From the NCBI RefSeq assembly GCF_009914755.1, contig NC_060925.1: a stretch of 64,000 nucleotides of DNA; one strand, 5' to 3'. Below are positions 1 to 49,797 of this stretch, piece by piece. The first letter of the stretch is position 1; every line of letters starts with the position of its first letter. The stretch comes from the human T2T-CHM13v2.0 reference genome, Homo sapiens. Both the position numbers and the translations under genes were made by a program. The notes under the pieces are model-generated. The model searched no databases, was not told the origin of the DNA, and saw only the letters and a program-made list of their open reading frames with translations.

Positions 1-622
1 CATGCCATCTCTACTTTCTACCCCTGTTAAATATGAGATGAGATCCGTAAATGAGATAAATAAAGAATTTTATCAACAAGCCCAACATGGTGAAACTTTA
101 TCTCTACAAAAAAATAGAAAGATTAGCCATGTGTGGTGGCATGTGCCTGTCGTTCCAGCTACTCCAGAGGCTGAGGTGGGAGGATTACCTGAGCCCAGGG
201 AAGTCAAGGCTGCAGTGAACTGTGATTACGCCACTGCACTCCAGCCTGGGCAACACAGTGAGACCCTGTCTCAAAAAAACAATAATAACATAAAGTAAAA
301 TAAAAGGAAGTCCTAGCTTCCTTTATGACCATTGAATATATGTTACTCAAATTTATACTTTTGGCCAGGGAGTGGGAGTAGTGGATTCCCAAAATCCCTT
401 CCAGTCTAAAGTGTAATGATTCCTTTTTCCCTTGAGAGATTACATAGGTTTAAAATATAAGTCTTTTTTTAAAGAGTGATAAAAATTTGTGGATCATAAG
501 GAAGTTTATAATTTTGTGCCCATGTTGGAGAATACTAGCATCTGTTAATATTAATACAGCCCTTTTCAACCACCAGCACCACTATTTTAGATAAAATTCT
601 GCTGTGAATAAAACTTTGGATT

Positions 623-1165
<543 letters not shown>

Positions 1166-1509
1166 TAAGGTTGACAGACCAGTATCAATTTTGCAGTTTC
1201 AACTTTTTGAATTTTAATATTTTCTTTGTAGCCAACTTTCATAAATGTTCTTTGGGTTTTTGAAAAGAATGATTATTCTCTGGTTTGGAGTTTGGAAGTT
1301 CCATATGTATCTATTAAATCAAGTTTGCTAGTTATATTATTCAAATCTTCTGTATTATACTTTAATTTGTCTACTTGACCTCTCCATGATTATGCATTTT
1401 TAGTTACTTTTTGTTGTTTTGAATAGTTTGTTTGTATATTTCAGTAATGTCTTTGTCATAGAAAGATACACTACATATAAGCTTGGTGGATTACATTTTT
1501 TATATATAA

Positions 1510-2408
<899 letters not shown>

Positions 2409-3123
2409 TTAATATTTTTTCTATGATACATTATAATCTTCACATAAATCTTGTTTTATGAATCTGATAAATCTAATTCATCCCTGAAAATGATAGTAAT
2501 ATTTAAATTTCCACTTCATGATTTCAAAACTATTTTCATTAGTAAAGGAAATTAATTTTTATCTATTAATTCTCTTGCTTTTGTATTTTTAATGTTATAC
2601 ATGAATTATTTTCTTTAAATGTTCAGTGGTTGTATTGAGTCATCTCTAACATTCATTAAAGTGTTCTTATAGATGATAAAATGATAAAGAAAGGAACTCA
2701 AAAGACTTCCTTGGATTTGCTACTTTGGGTCATTTTCCACAAAGGTTTAAGCATATTTTAATTCCTTTGGACTTCTGGTAGTCATTGTCTTTTTCTACTA
2801 AATCCGTTTCTACCAAATACCCACTTTCTTTTGTGGTTCTCAGAAGTCTTGTAAATAGAATTTATTGGTTGATTCTTTTTCACTATATGGCTTCTATCTC
2901 CAAGAACTTAGAGAGTAGTGTGAGAAACTAAGTAAGTAATGAGTGCCACATAGTATAATAGGTGTTATCATGATAACGAAGTAACAACATTTAAGTTGCA
3001 AGAACCTGGTGTGTTTTGGGAATGTTGAGAAATACAAGGAATTGGAACATAGTATACTGCAGGCTATGAGGCTAGGAAGCCTTTGTGAGGCATTTTGTTC
3101 CATCCGAGGGTCTGGATTTATTC

Positions 3124-3426
<303 letters not shown>

Positions 3427-4085
3427 TGGATTTATTCTTAAGTAGCGAGATACCTTTCAAGGGAAAGAAATGGTCAAAGTTCCATTTTTGAAGCATGACT
3501 TTGGTATAGGTTAACTGGAAGAAAGGGTCTGGAGGCAGTGACCAGCTCTAGGCTCTGATCAGAATAATGTTATAAGTTCATGCTTTGAGGTCTCTTCTCC
3601 AAAGACATAACAATATTAGACACAGAAAGAGAAATTAATATAGCTAGTTTCAAAACCAAGATTAACTTCTCTGAGGACCAGATACAGAACACAAATGCAG
3701 CTCAATAAGACTGTATAGATTCAGGCCAAGAGGGAAAATTCTGATTTTAAAATTTATGAAGCGTAACAGTTCTAAGATGAAGCTAAAGTCTTAAGTATGG
3801 CTTCTGAGATAGGTTGCTAAAGTGGAAGAGATAGGAAGAAAAATCAGTGGTTTGAATTGGTCCTTGTTTTTTCTTATTTCTTTTCTCTTATTCTCTTATA
3901 CACATCTTTTTGTCTTTTTCTTTCCTTACTAATCTTTAAGTCTACCAACAACACAAAGAATCTAATTGTTAAATGTATAGTTCAGCCTAGTTATAGGAAA
4001 ATAGTTTTTTACCCTATACTAGGTGTTTTATTCTGTTCTTCAACGGGAAGTACTATTCTTTTTAATTTTTTAAAAAGATGGGGTA

Positions 4086-4520
<435 letters not shown>

Positions 4521-4661
4521 GAATTACTATTTTTGATTACTTTCAAAGTAAACAGTGATGAACAGGTTACAGTAAAATAAAAATGTAAATGAAATTCATG
4601 TAATTTTGATTATCATTTATTTTTATTTATTTATTTATTTATTTTACTTTTTCTAACCTAG

Positions 4662-4856
4662 GTTGTAGGTAGTATGGATGCACACCCAAGCAGATACTGT
4701 GCCACAGTAAGAGTTCAGAGACCCCGACAGGAGATCATCCAGGACTTGGCCTCCATGGTCCGGGAACTTCTTATTCAATTTTATAAGTCAACTCGGTTCA
4801 AGCCTACTCGTATCATCTTTTATCGGGATGGTGTTTCAGAGGGGCAGTTTAGGCAG
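4662..4856 (+). CDS. AGO3: AGO3 coding exon ([26 protein letters not shown]...[12 protein letters not shown])
   Basis: ctag|GTT acceptor, CAG|gttggt donor; 195 nt, phase 0/0; contains the catalytic Glu (QEII) and Asp (RDGV). Confidence 0.97.
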
Positions 4857-5178
4857 GTTGGTTACCTAGAATCTCATCAGACTATGGTGAAATCAGATAT
4901 TGTGTTTATAATATGGTGTCTAGTTCTAGAGTTAAAAACCTTGTTAGAGTTCCCCAAGTCAAAACTTGGTGTTTTGTTAGATTGTCTTTTTGAAAATGTT
5001 CACTACGAATGTGTATGCCTTGCTTGCTAAGACCATGTTCTAATAATCGTTAAAATGGAATCTATTAGCTATAGAGTGGTGAAATTAAGGAATCCTGAGA
5101 TTAAATCATTATCCTACTTTGAAGTATATAAAAACAAATAGCTGACTATATTGAATCTTTCCATTTCATATTCTCTAG

Positions 5179-5313
5179 GTATTATATTATGAACTACTAG
5201 CAATTCGAGAAGCCTGCATCAGTTTGGAGAAAGACTATCAACCTGGAATAACCTACATTGTAGTTCAGAAGAGACATCACACTCGATTATTTTGTGCTGA
5301 TAGGACAGAAAGG
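5179..5313 (+). CDS. AGO3: AGO3 coding exon ([45 protein letters not shown])
   Basis: ctag|GTA acceptor, AGG|gtaatc donor; 135 nt, phase 0/0; PIWI QKRHHTR motif. Confidence 0.97.
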
Positions 5314-5646
5314 GTAATCTCACCTCTGTTGTAATACTGTTATAAACCAAGCTTATCCAACATAGTTCATAGAGCATTCAACAAGGGCCCTCTGCCAACA
5401 GCAGGATTTCCAATATATAGTAGCAAATTTCAACAATTACATTATGAGTATAGAAGCATCAAAATAGATTATTTTTAACTTTCTAGAATTTCTAGTCACA
5501 CTCCAAATATTCAAAATCTCATTCTACTTTTTTGTTGTGAAGAAACTCATGGTTTTAAAATTATTCTTCTATTCATATTTTCCTAAAATCTTCAGAAAAA
5601 ACAGTACATTCTCTTTTTAAAATATCTCATACAAATTAGTTTTTTA

Positions 5647-6412
<766 letters not shown>

Positions 6413-6599
6413 AGAAATATGTTTTCTTATCTGTGTGCAGCAAGACAGCAGTCTTACTGTCATTTTCAGTGCTCTGATCACATCTGCCCCCATCCTGTAA
6501 ATCTTGGAGCAGAGAAATCTAATGATACCAAGTGTTGTTTCCCCTTGAGAAAGGGATTTGATAGAAAGGACTAAGAGAGGGGTGTTTTTCTTTGCCATA

Positions 6600-6770
6600 C
6601 ATACTCACTGTATTCCTTTGGGCAAGCAACTTAACATCTCTGTGTCTGTTTATTTCTTAGCAAGATTGGATAATATTAATATCTACCTTATTTGGGTTGT
6701 CGGGAGAATTAAATAAAATACGTAATGCACTTAGAACAGGGCTTGGCCCACACTAAGTACTCAGTAAAGA
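6600..6770 (+). mobile_element. MIR SINE remnant
   Basis: ttgggcaagcaacttaacatctctgtg ... taatatctacctta ... aattaaataa ... gcacttagaacag resembles the MIR core and tail. Confidence 0.65.
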
Positions 6771-6954
6771 TTGGCTAGCTCTCATTAGTAGAGTGATGAG
6801 AACAAAAAAAAATTAATAAATAAAGTTTGGCTAGCTGCAGAGTGGTGGTGATAGTGGTAGAATAGAGAAGAAGAAATAATAATAGATATTGTTCTAAGTA
6901 TTGCTTATAAATTTCATCAATTTAATCCTCACCAACAAGATTATGAGATAGTTG

Positions 6955-9614
<2,660 letters not shown>

Positions 9615-10009
9615 TAAGTTTCAGTTAAATAATTTAAAAAGTTTTTCTTATTCTTTCCAGAAAACCTTTTCATTAATGTGTTAGCTTTACTTGGTGGAAC
9701 ATAAGCTTTAAATCAGTGCATCTCAAACTTTCCAACAACAAAAAGTAAACTGACATTCCCAGGATGTCTGAGAGTCTATAACCCAAAACTATTTTAGGTT
9801 ACTTGCCATTATTGATTAAGATAGAAATTTCCAGATGTACCTTACCATACAGCTCTGTATCTTATAGCTTTATATGTCCCACATATACGAACCTGTTTCA
9901 GATTCATGGCTTTAAATTATTGTCTGACTCATTTATCCATGTTCTTATATCAGCTCCTCTTTACAATTAATGTTGTACATTTTCAGGGTTGGTGGTTAAT
10001 GGGAGGTCC

Positions 10010-17575
<7,566 letters not shown>

Positions 17576-17614
17576 GTTAATAGTATCTTCTAGGGATTAA
17601 AACCTATATATATC

Positions 17615-19787
<2,173 letters not shown>

Positions 19788-19818
19788 TCAACAGTGTATG
19801 TCATTGCCTTCTCTATAG

Positions 19819-20019
<201 letters not shown>

Positions 20020-20471
20020 TAATATAAAAGCATAACAGGTTCTCACCCAAATCCCAATATTGTCTGCATGGTAGGATTTTCAAGTTCCACAAGCTATTAG
20101 CGGAGTCAGTGATCCATGTGAAAAATGATGACAGAACTGACTGCCCAAGGTTTCCTATTGAAATATATTGTCTAGGCTCATTAGTAATAGAATCATGTAG
20201 TAACTTAGTTGTTTTACTACATTAATTCAAAGGAGAGATTATTGGTAATAAAGTGATACATTCAGACAGATAGACAAAATGATACGATATCTAGGTTTGC
20301 TTCTAATTAATTCTGGGGAGGTGAGAGAAGTAAAACAAAATTGGCCTTGAGTTAATAGTGATTGAAGCTGAGTGATGGACACATAGATTGTTACACCAGT
20401 CTCTTATTTGTTAATAATTTTGAAATTTTCTACAACAAATAGTATTTTTCGGAATTATTACATCAGAATAG

Positions 20472-20618
<147 letters not shown>

Positions 20619-21507
20619 ATAGTCCAAGTATATTCTCTGAGAGGAAGTACTGAAAGATGAATTGACATACAACGTATGTTTCCAGTGAAGTCAATTGAGT
20701 AAGGACACCTCCAGCCATACAGAAACCAACACTGTGTGGGGGCCAAGGTCTGATCCTTATGTTAATACAAGGAAGATTGTTTACTTCATCAAGGAACACA
20801 GCATCATTATGCAATATGAAACCAGCCAACTGCTTTTTGTGCGGTCTCCTATAGGAAGTATCGCAATTGTTTTGTTTTCATTTCTTGTAGTCTAACCCTT
20901 TTAATGCCTTTACCTCAAGTTGCTTGGCAGCACAACTATCTTTGCAAAAAAAAGTAAAGAAAAAGTAAATGATGGTTTAAAAAATACACACCTTCATGAA
21001 TAATCAAAGTGATTTTTCAGAATTATGTGTGCAAAAAATTAATGTGCATTCATATATTCTTGTAAAAGGTGTCTGTGTATTTTTAAAATATATACATCCA
21101 TACTTCATATGCATATATATCTAGATCTGGATTGATAATAGATATATATGTGTCTGTTATATATTTTAGAGTTCATTCCATTGGGGAATTTTCTTTCCCT
21201 TTTATTCTACCCCCACTACCGCCTTTATTTCTCTATTTCCCTTGCCTTCATCACCTACATTTTTTTCCCAGTCCTACCAGTGACATTCAAATGTTGATGT
21301 ATCTGGTTCGTTTGAATATAAAATATGGCAAACTAGAATTCTACTTTTATTTTGCATACCCTACTCCTGACTCCTATCTCATACACAATTCTGAGTTCTC
21401 AACTCTTGATATTGCTGTCTTAAGAAACAAAATTTTATATATATATGTATACATACATACACAGACACAGACACACACATATATATACATAAAATAACTT
21501 TCTGTGA

Positions 21508-35005
<13,498 letters not shown>

Positions 35006-36891
35006 CTACATGTTAGCATCAGAGGCTATTGTACAACTAGATGGTTATTCCCTGTTTCTTGGCCGATTTTTGGTACCTTTCTTTGAAGAAGAGGGTTAGA
35101 TTTTAAGAAAGAAAGTGTGCTTATTTCACTCATGTCTTTGCAGAATTTAACTTTGCTTTACTTTAAAAATTCCAATCATCATGTACCTATAAAGGTTAAA
35201 ATATAGTGAAAGTTTCTGCTTCATGTGAATTCAATTCTGAGCACCTGCAGGTCATATCAGGTGTCTGATGCAGTTACCTTTATAGATCGTGGCAGGTCCT
35301 TACATTTCAACAGGCTTATGCATTTCCATGGGGGGAAGAGATTCTGTTTCTAGGAAATTACAAAGGGCACACCACTGCAGGGAGTGTAAACAATTCTTTG
35401 TTGCAACAGACAAGATTTTTTTTAAAAAAAGAAAAAAGGATGCATTTTAGGTACACAGGGTATGGACGCATTCAACATTTACTTTTATCTCCACAGATGC
35501 CAACCTCCCCTTGTTGCAGGCAGTTGGGCTTTTCCAACTCATTGCTAACAAAGCTGGCATCTGCATTAATTTCAATGAGAATTTCAAGTACTGAAGATGA
35601 AAAGTTGGGGAGATTCATGTTTGAAAAATGAAAAATGAACAAAAAATCCACCTTGTGCAGTGAGATAGCTAACGCTGATATATCAGGAATAATTTTAAAC
35701 TATTTTTGCTGTAATGTGTAGCTTTAATGTCTCTTTTCAGTTATGGACCCATAAAAGTATTCCTATATCTTGTGAATAAAGATCATTCTTGTGGACTAGT
35801 ACGTGGATGCATTCATAGGCTTTGGGAAGCAGTGGTGTGCGTATGTGTGTCTATATCAATATTTTATGTTTATAACTCTGCGTATTAAGTTTATATAGAA
35901 AAAAATAATGTCTTTCTTTAGTGTTTGGGGGACTCAATGGTAATATGACCATTGCAGTGTAATCTGACTGCTCACTCTAGAGAACACTTCTGTTATACAC
36001 AATGCACATACAAACATACACCCCTAAAGCGTAGCTAACTGCTCCCACTAGATAATTGCTGCTAAAAACAAAACAAAACAAAACAATACAAAACAAAAAA
36101 AACCCTAAGTAATGGAGGAAGAAATAGCATTCTTTTAAAAGGGGCTTTTCTGAAGAGTAAAATGTAAATACAGGACATGTGGGGAGGGTGGGGCCGCCTG
36201 CAAAATGTCCTGAAGATGGACAAATAGCCTTTTAAATTCTACTTTTTAACCATCTTTACCGTGTGTGCCTATTTGTATTGCAGATGTGAACTACTATTTT
36301 TGGAGGTTGATATCAGTATGTTTTGAAACTGAATTATTACATAAAATCAGAGTAACCTCTTTCTCCATCCTCCTTTTCCACACTATTCTTGCCAAATATT
36401 TCTACTGAAACCCAGTTTCAGCAAGGCAAAATGATGGGACTCTCAAACCTCCCTCCTCATCTTCCCTTCCCCTCTGTCTTATGCCTGGCCTGGCCTTTTT
36501 TGTTGTTGTTGGCTTTTCATAAGTAAGAAAAATTTATTGTAGTATTTCAAGACTGCAGAATTTCAAGTGTATATCTATAAATCTTTTTTTAAAATCTTCG
36601 GCTACACAGTAACATCAATTAAAACAGAAGAGTGAGTCTAAGTCTGTAATATGCTGTAGGACCAGATAAGATTTTGAATGAGACTAAACTTGACTGCCAT
36701 ATTTTAAGAGGAAATTGAAACTTTATGGTGGAGAATGGATGAGAGCAAGTCTATGATATATATGTAGTCATTGTATAATTAGAAACACCAAATGCTGAAT
36801 CCTATCACTGTGTTCTTGGGGGCCAGGCCTTGGATTTGGTTGTCATTTAAACTCCTTGAAGATTATATGTAATTATAATGAGCAGAAGGCA

Positions 36892-36897
36892 AATAAA
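36892..36897 (+). terminator. AGO3: Candidate AGO3 poly(A) signal AATAAA
   Basis: AATAAA at the end of an Alu-free UTR block, followed by a U/GU-rich stretch (cttgttttc). Confidence 0.55.
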
Positions 36898-36954
36898 GTT
36901 TTTGAACAAAAGCCCTTGTTTTCAGTATTTAAAATTTGGTAATATATTTTCTTT

Positions 36955-37028
36955 TTCAGTTAAACTATCTTCCCCACAAAAAATATTATACTTCAGTTAA
37001 ACTATCTTCCCCACAGAAATTATTATAC
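36955..37028 (+). repeat. 37-bp tandem duplication (ttcagttaaactatcttccccaca...tattatac x2)
   Basis: Seen directly. Confidence 0.9.
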
Positions 37029-37347
37029 TACGAACAAGTTATGAGTGAGACTGAGAAGCTTGAAGAAGCTGGTTTTTAAGCAGCTCATATAATATTTTGT
37101 GTTAAAGAAAGTGTCATTGTTTCCTGTTGGGAGGCAAATAACAACAACAACAAAAGAAATTGTCATGATTCTTTCTGAGCCAAACTGTCACGAAATGTTC
37201 TGTGACAGAACCACTACTCTTTTTTCTGCCATTCTGCCTACTGGAGAGTTCTATGTTGTATTTGTTTTTAATCCTTGATTTTAAAAATATTAATGGTTTT
37301 AGTGTTGCTTAGCTTCAGTTTGAAGTATAACTTTCACTAATAACTGC

Positions 37348-37353
37348 AATAAA
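37348..37353 (+). terminator. AGO3: Candidate distal AGO3 poly(A) signal AATAAA
   Basis: AATAAA followed about 25-35 nt later by ctttctcttgtgtggt (GU/U-rich downstream element). Confidence 0.6.
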
Positions 37354-37863
37354 AAGAAAAGCTTTGCTCTTAAACTTTCTCTTGTGTGGTCATCATTACA
37401 GCTCTTCAGACTAGGGAACGAGACCCATGTGATACAGTGGAAGGCACTTAAGCTTTAGTCATGAAGTCCTGGGTTCAAACCTTGATTATGTGACACTCTG
37501 AGCAAGTTCCTTGATGCTTCTAAATCTCAGTTTCCTCCAGTGTGAAAGGAGAAAATAGAACTGTTGGAGCATTAAATGAGACAATGCATAGAATGTTTCC
37601 AGTGCTGGGCATGTGGCTGGAGCTCGGGTTTTTCAAAGACTGCCTACCTCCCCTCTACCCCACCCATTTTTCACCTTCTTAAATAAAAGACAGTGAGTGG
37701 AGTGAAAATGGGGAGACGACGCTAGGCTTCCAAACTTTGCCAGGAGGTGAAAGAATTAAGAATATGTAGGAAAAAAAGGAACCAAAATGAACTGGAGGAA
37801 TCTTTACAGGCCCAAAAGTGGATAAACAGCCCCGGTATGCGATGCAAGAAAACACTGGACTAA

Positions 37864-44854
<6,991 letters not shown>

Positions 44855-45184
44855 TCATATTAGAATAAGATCAGCTGACCAAATATTAATATTAACTAAG
44901 GTACTTTTAAACATTGTAAAACATTGTTCTGATTCGATGAAAGTTGTACTCTCTAAAGATTTTAATAATTGGACTTGAGGTAATCTATAACACTCGGGGA
45001 GAAAAATTAAGAACAGAGAAGATACATACCATAATACTTGACAGATTTTGAAAGCACTTAAAGCACTTATGGTCTCTTTTGGTGAAATCTCAATTACTTT
45101 AAAAAGCTATGAGTTTGCATTTTTCTGCTTCACATTTTTTTTTTCAAATTTCTTGCTTCATTGTCTATGTCTGTAGGATCCTTT

Positions 45185-46196
45185 TTAATCCCAGACAAAG
45201 CTGTATGGATAGTCAGGTACTTTAAATCTAAAGAGGGAAAGCAGCCGACTGAAGAATATGGCAACAAGACACATACCAGCCAGACACATCATCTTTCTCT
45301 TTCTGATGTTCATCGTAGAGGTGGCAGCCTTGTCTAACAGCACCATTCCCAGGCTAACACACATATTAAACAGGGAAATAATGAATGTTTCTGCTGCAAA
45401 CTGAGCCTGACTAAATTTACTGATATAATGTTTATGTCCTGTGTGAGGGTCCCTTTGGACATATGGTTCTCCTCTTATATAAGTCCACATTTGACCAGAC
45501 GTCATCACAATCACAAAGCACAGAGTTAAAACTTCGCACAAAATTCTGCAAGAAATAGATTTCCTATTCCATTTCAAGAAATACCCAAGTCCACCAATGA
45601 GAGCCAGAAGTATCCCTGGCTTGAGGAGACCATGATAATTTATTTGTAGGCTGTCTGATTCTGACGCTGACATGTGTTCTTTCTGCTACCCATTCAGCCA
45701 TTTGGTCAGCAACAATATCCCTTCCTCTCAAATTATAAATGTCATCTGTTGTAAATTTCCATTGGGCAGAAAAGTGGAAGAAACTCGGAACTGACGTTAC
45801 CTGGAGCGCTTCAAAGACCTCAGGGCTTTCATCATAATCCACCATTGCAAAAAATACCTTTGTGGTGAATGCACCAGGGCGTTGATAGGAATTTGCCAAG
45901 ATCTGAAATTCTTCAGCAGCACCTTTGCACATGACACATGAACTGAACGCGTGGAGAGCAGCAGTAAGCATCACAATAACAGAATAGTTTTTTGGTGCAT
46001 CTAATACAAAATGATAGAACATGGTGTCACTCATTCTTATCACTCTGTCTTTCTTGGTCCAACCCATCAGCTGGCTGACCTTTTTGGCCAACCCCTTCTT
46101 CCATCGGGAAGGATGTGTAGGAACCCCGGGAGCCACGAATAACAGGGCCACCACTATGGTCAAAAGTAGACGCCAAAGCCACCACACTTCTGCCAT
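45185..46196 (-). pseudogene. Intronless MAGT1-like (OST3/OST6 family oxidoreductase) retrocopy with a single 4-bp frameshift
   Basis: Two overlapping minus ORFs give KVSQLM.W, NYSVIVM, CVMCK, EEFQILANS, FFAMVDYDE, then MTSGQMW, SQAQFAAET, LGMVLL, YPYSF, collinear with MAGT1 as recalled. No introns and no internal stops in the homologous frames. The frame break is ATTTATTT at 45638-45645. The signal-peptide-like N-terminus fits MAGT1 better than TUSC3. Confidence 0.93.
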
Positions 46197-46478
46197 ATTT
46201 GCTTACTTCTTTGTGTTATACCACTGTTGCAAAATATGTAAGCCAAAATTTGATCATTTCTTCCTGCAATTAATTTGTCCAAGATTTTTTTCTTTCTATC
46301 TTCTTCAATCCTGGTAAAGAGGCTATATCACAAATTCTTGTTCATGTCCAGTTTACAAGTCATATATTAGAGTTTACAAAATAACCTGTGGAAAAAAATA
46401 CTCTGTAATGAAGGGAGTTTGGGAATTAGTGTTCTGGCTTCAGTCCTGCTGAACGACAGACTTGCAATTAACAAGTCA

Positions 46479-48755
<2,277 letters not shown>

Positions 48756-48799
48756 AAGACAACAAATGTTCATTTAATTTGTAAATCAAGTGAAAGCGC

Positions 48800-49320
48800 T
48801 GCCCTGATGCCCCCCACCTCTCCCAGGCTCGGCCGGCCGCCCCTCGCCTACCCTAAAGGCCTCCGGGGACGCCGCCCGACGCCGCCGCGGTTGCCAAGCG
48901 AAGCGCCCAGGCCGCGTTGGCCGCGGGGGGTTGGGGGGGTAGGGGAGGGGTGGTTGCCTAGCAACCGGTGGTGCCAAACACTGGAGCTCAGAGCGGGGGG
49001 CGCGGAGAGCGAAGCGGGAAAGGAGGTAAGGGAGCTAGGGAAGCGGGGGCGCCCCCTTCCTCCGCGCTGGACCGGGGTACTGATCTAAACCAAAGGCGAT
49101 CATCCTGCGGAGGGGAAGAAAGGGGTTTGACGGGGAACCGGACTGACCCCAGCTCTTCCCACGGGGCTCTCCCTGTCCGGCCTTCCCCTCCAACAGTAGG
49201 CGAGGGCGGAGGGGCGGGAGGGCGTGGCGGCTACCAGACGGGGAGGGGGCCGCCCCGGGGGCCGCCCCCCAGCTCCCCAGTGCCAACAGGCACGCGTCCC
49301 TGGAGACAGAACAGGGCTCC
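48800..49320. promoter_or_regulatory. TEKT2: CpG island / TEKT2 promoter with RFX X-box GTTGCCTAGCAAC (48953-48965), a second GTTGCC half-site (48890) and a G-quadruplex-forming tract (48925-48950)
   Basis: High GC and CpG density; near-palindromic X-box typical of ciliary genes; G6-G7-G4-G4 runs. Confidence 0.85.
48970..49025 (+). other. TEKT2: TEKT2 probable non-coding exon 1
   Basis: Strong donor GAG|gtaagg at 49025/49026 just downstream of the X-box; matching acceptor tgcag| at 49745. The start is approximate. Confidence 0.65.
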
Positions 49321-49797
49321 TGCCCTTAGATCCCCCACGGGGACTGGCCCGCAGCCTGGGGAAGAAAGGAAAGGAAGATCAACAAGGCATGGTTGGCTGG
49401 GGGCAGGTGTGGAAAATGCATTAAGGGCAATTTTTTTCTGCCATCCGCCTACCCCCCAGGCATTTGGCACTTCACACACACTTCGAGGCTTCCGGGACTC
49501 CATTATTCCTTTTTACCTGCTCCAGGACCTGCAAGGTCCAGGGGTTTGTGTCCGCCTGGGGACGGGAGGGAGGGAAACTTAGTTAATACCTCACACAAAG
49601 TTGAGTAAAGCAAGGGCTGTCTCCAAGCAGGCTTCCAGCAGGACAGGGCTCAGAGCAAAATGGACAGGAACAAGTCCTGCGCAGGGGGCGTGTGATCCAG
49701 GAGGTCTCCGGAAAGGTCTCCCGCAGCAGTGTTTTCCCTCTGCAGGTGGTGTCTGTGAACAGGCCTAGGGGTTTCTGACCCTTCTGGTTTCTGTGCC

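Noticed and set aside
4857-5030. ORF 4674-5030 continuing past the AGO3 exon
   Set aside because: Argonaute similarity stops at the CAG|gttggt donor (4856); the remainder is intron.
45638-45645. Programmed ribosomal frameshift or tiny intron rescuing the retrocopy
   Set aside because: No canonical X XXY YYZ slippery heptamer or GT-AG pair at the site; a simple 4-bp slippage duplication explains it. A sequencing error cannot be excluded from the sequence alone.
45185-45673. 162-aa ORF as an independent membrane protein gene
   Set aside because: It is the C-terminal half of the MAGT1-like retrocopy; its first residues (MSASESDSLQI) come from the shifted frame.
48786-49608. Several Pro/Gly/Arg-rich ORFs up to 204 aa
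   Set aside because: Expected stop-codon scarcity in a CpG island; no recognisable domain.
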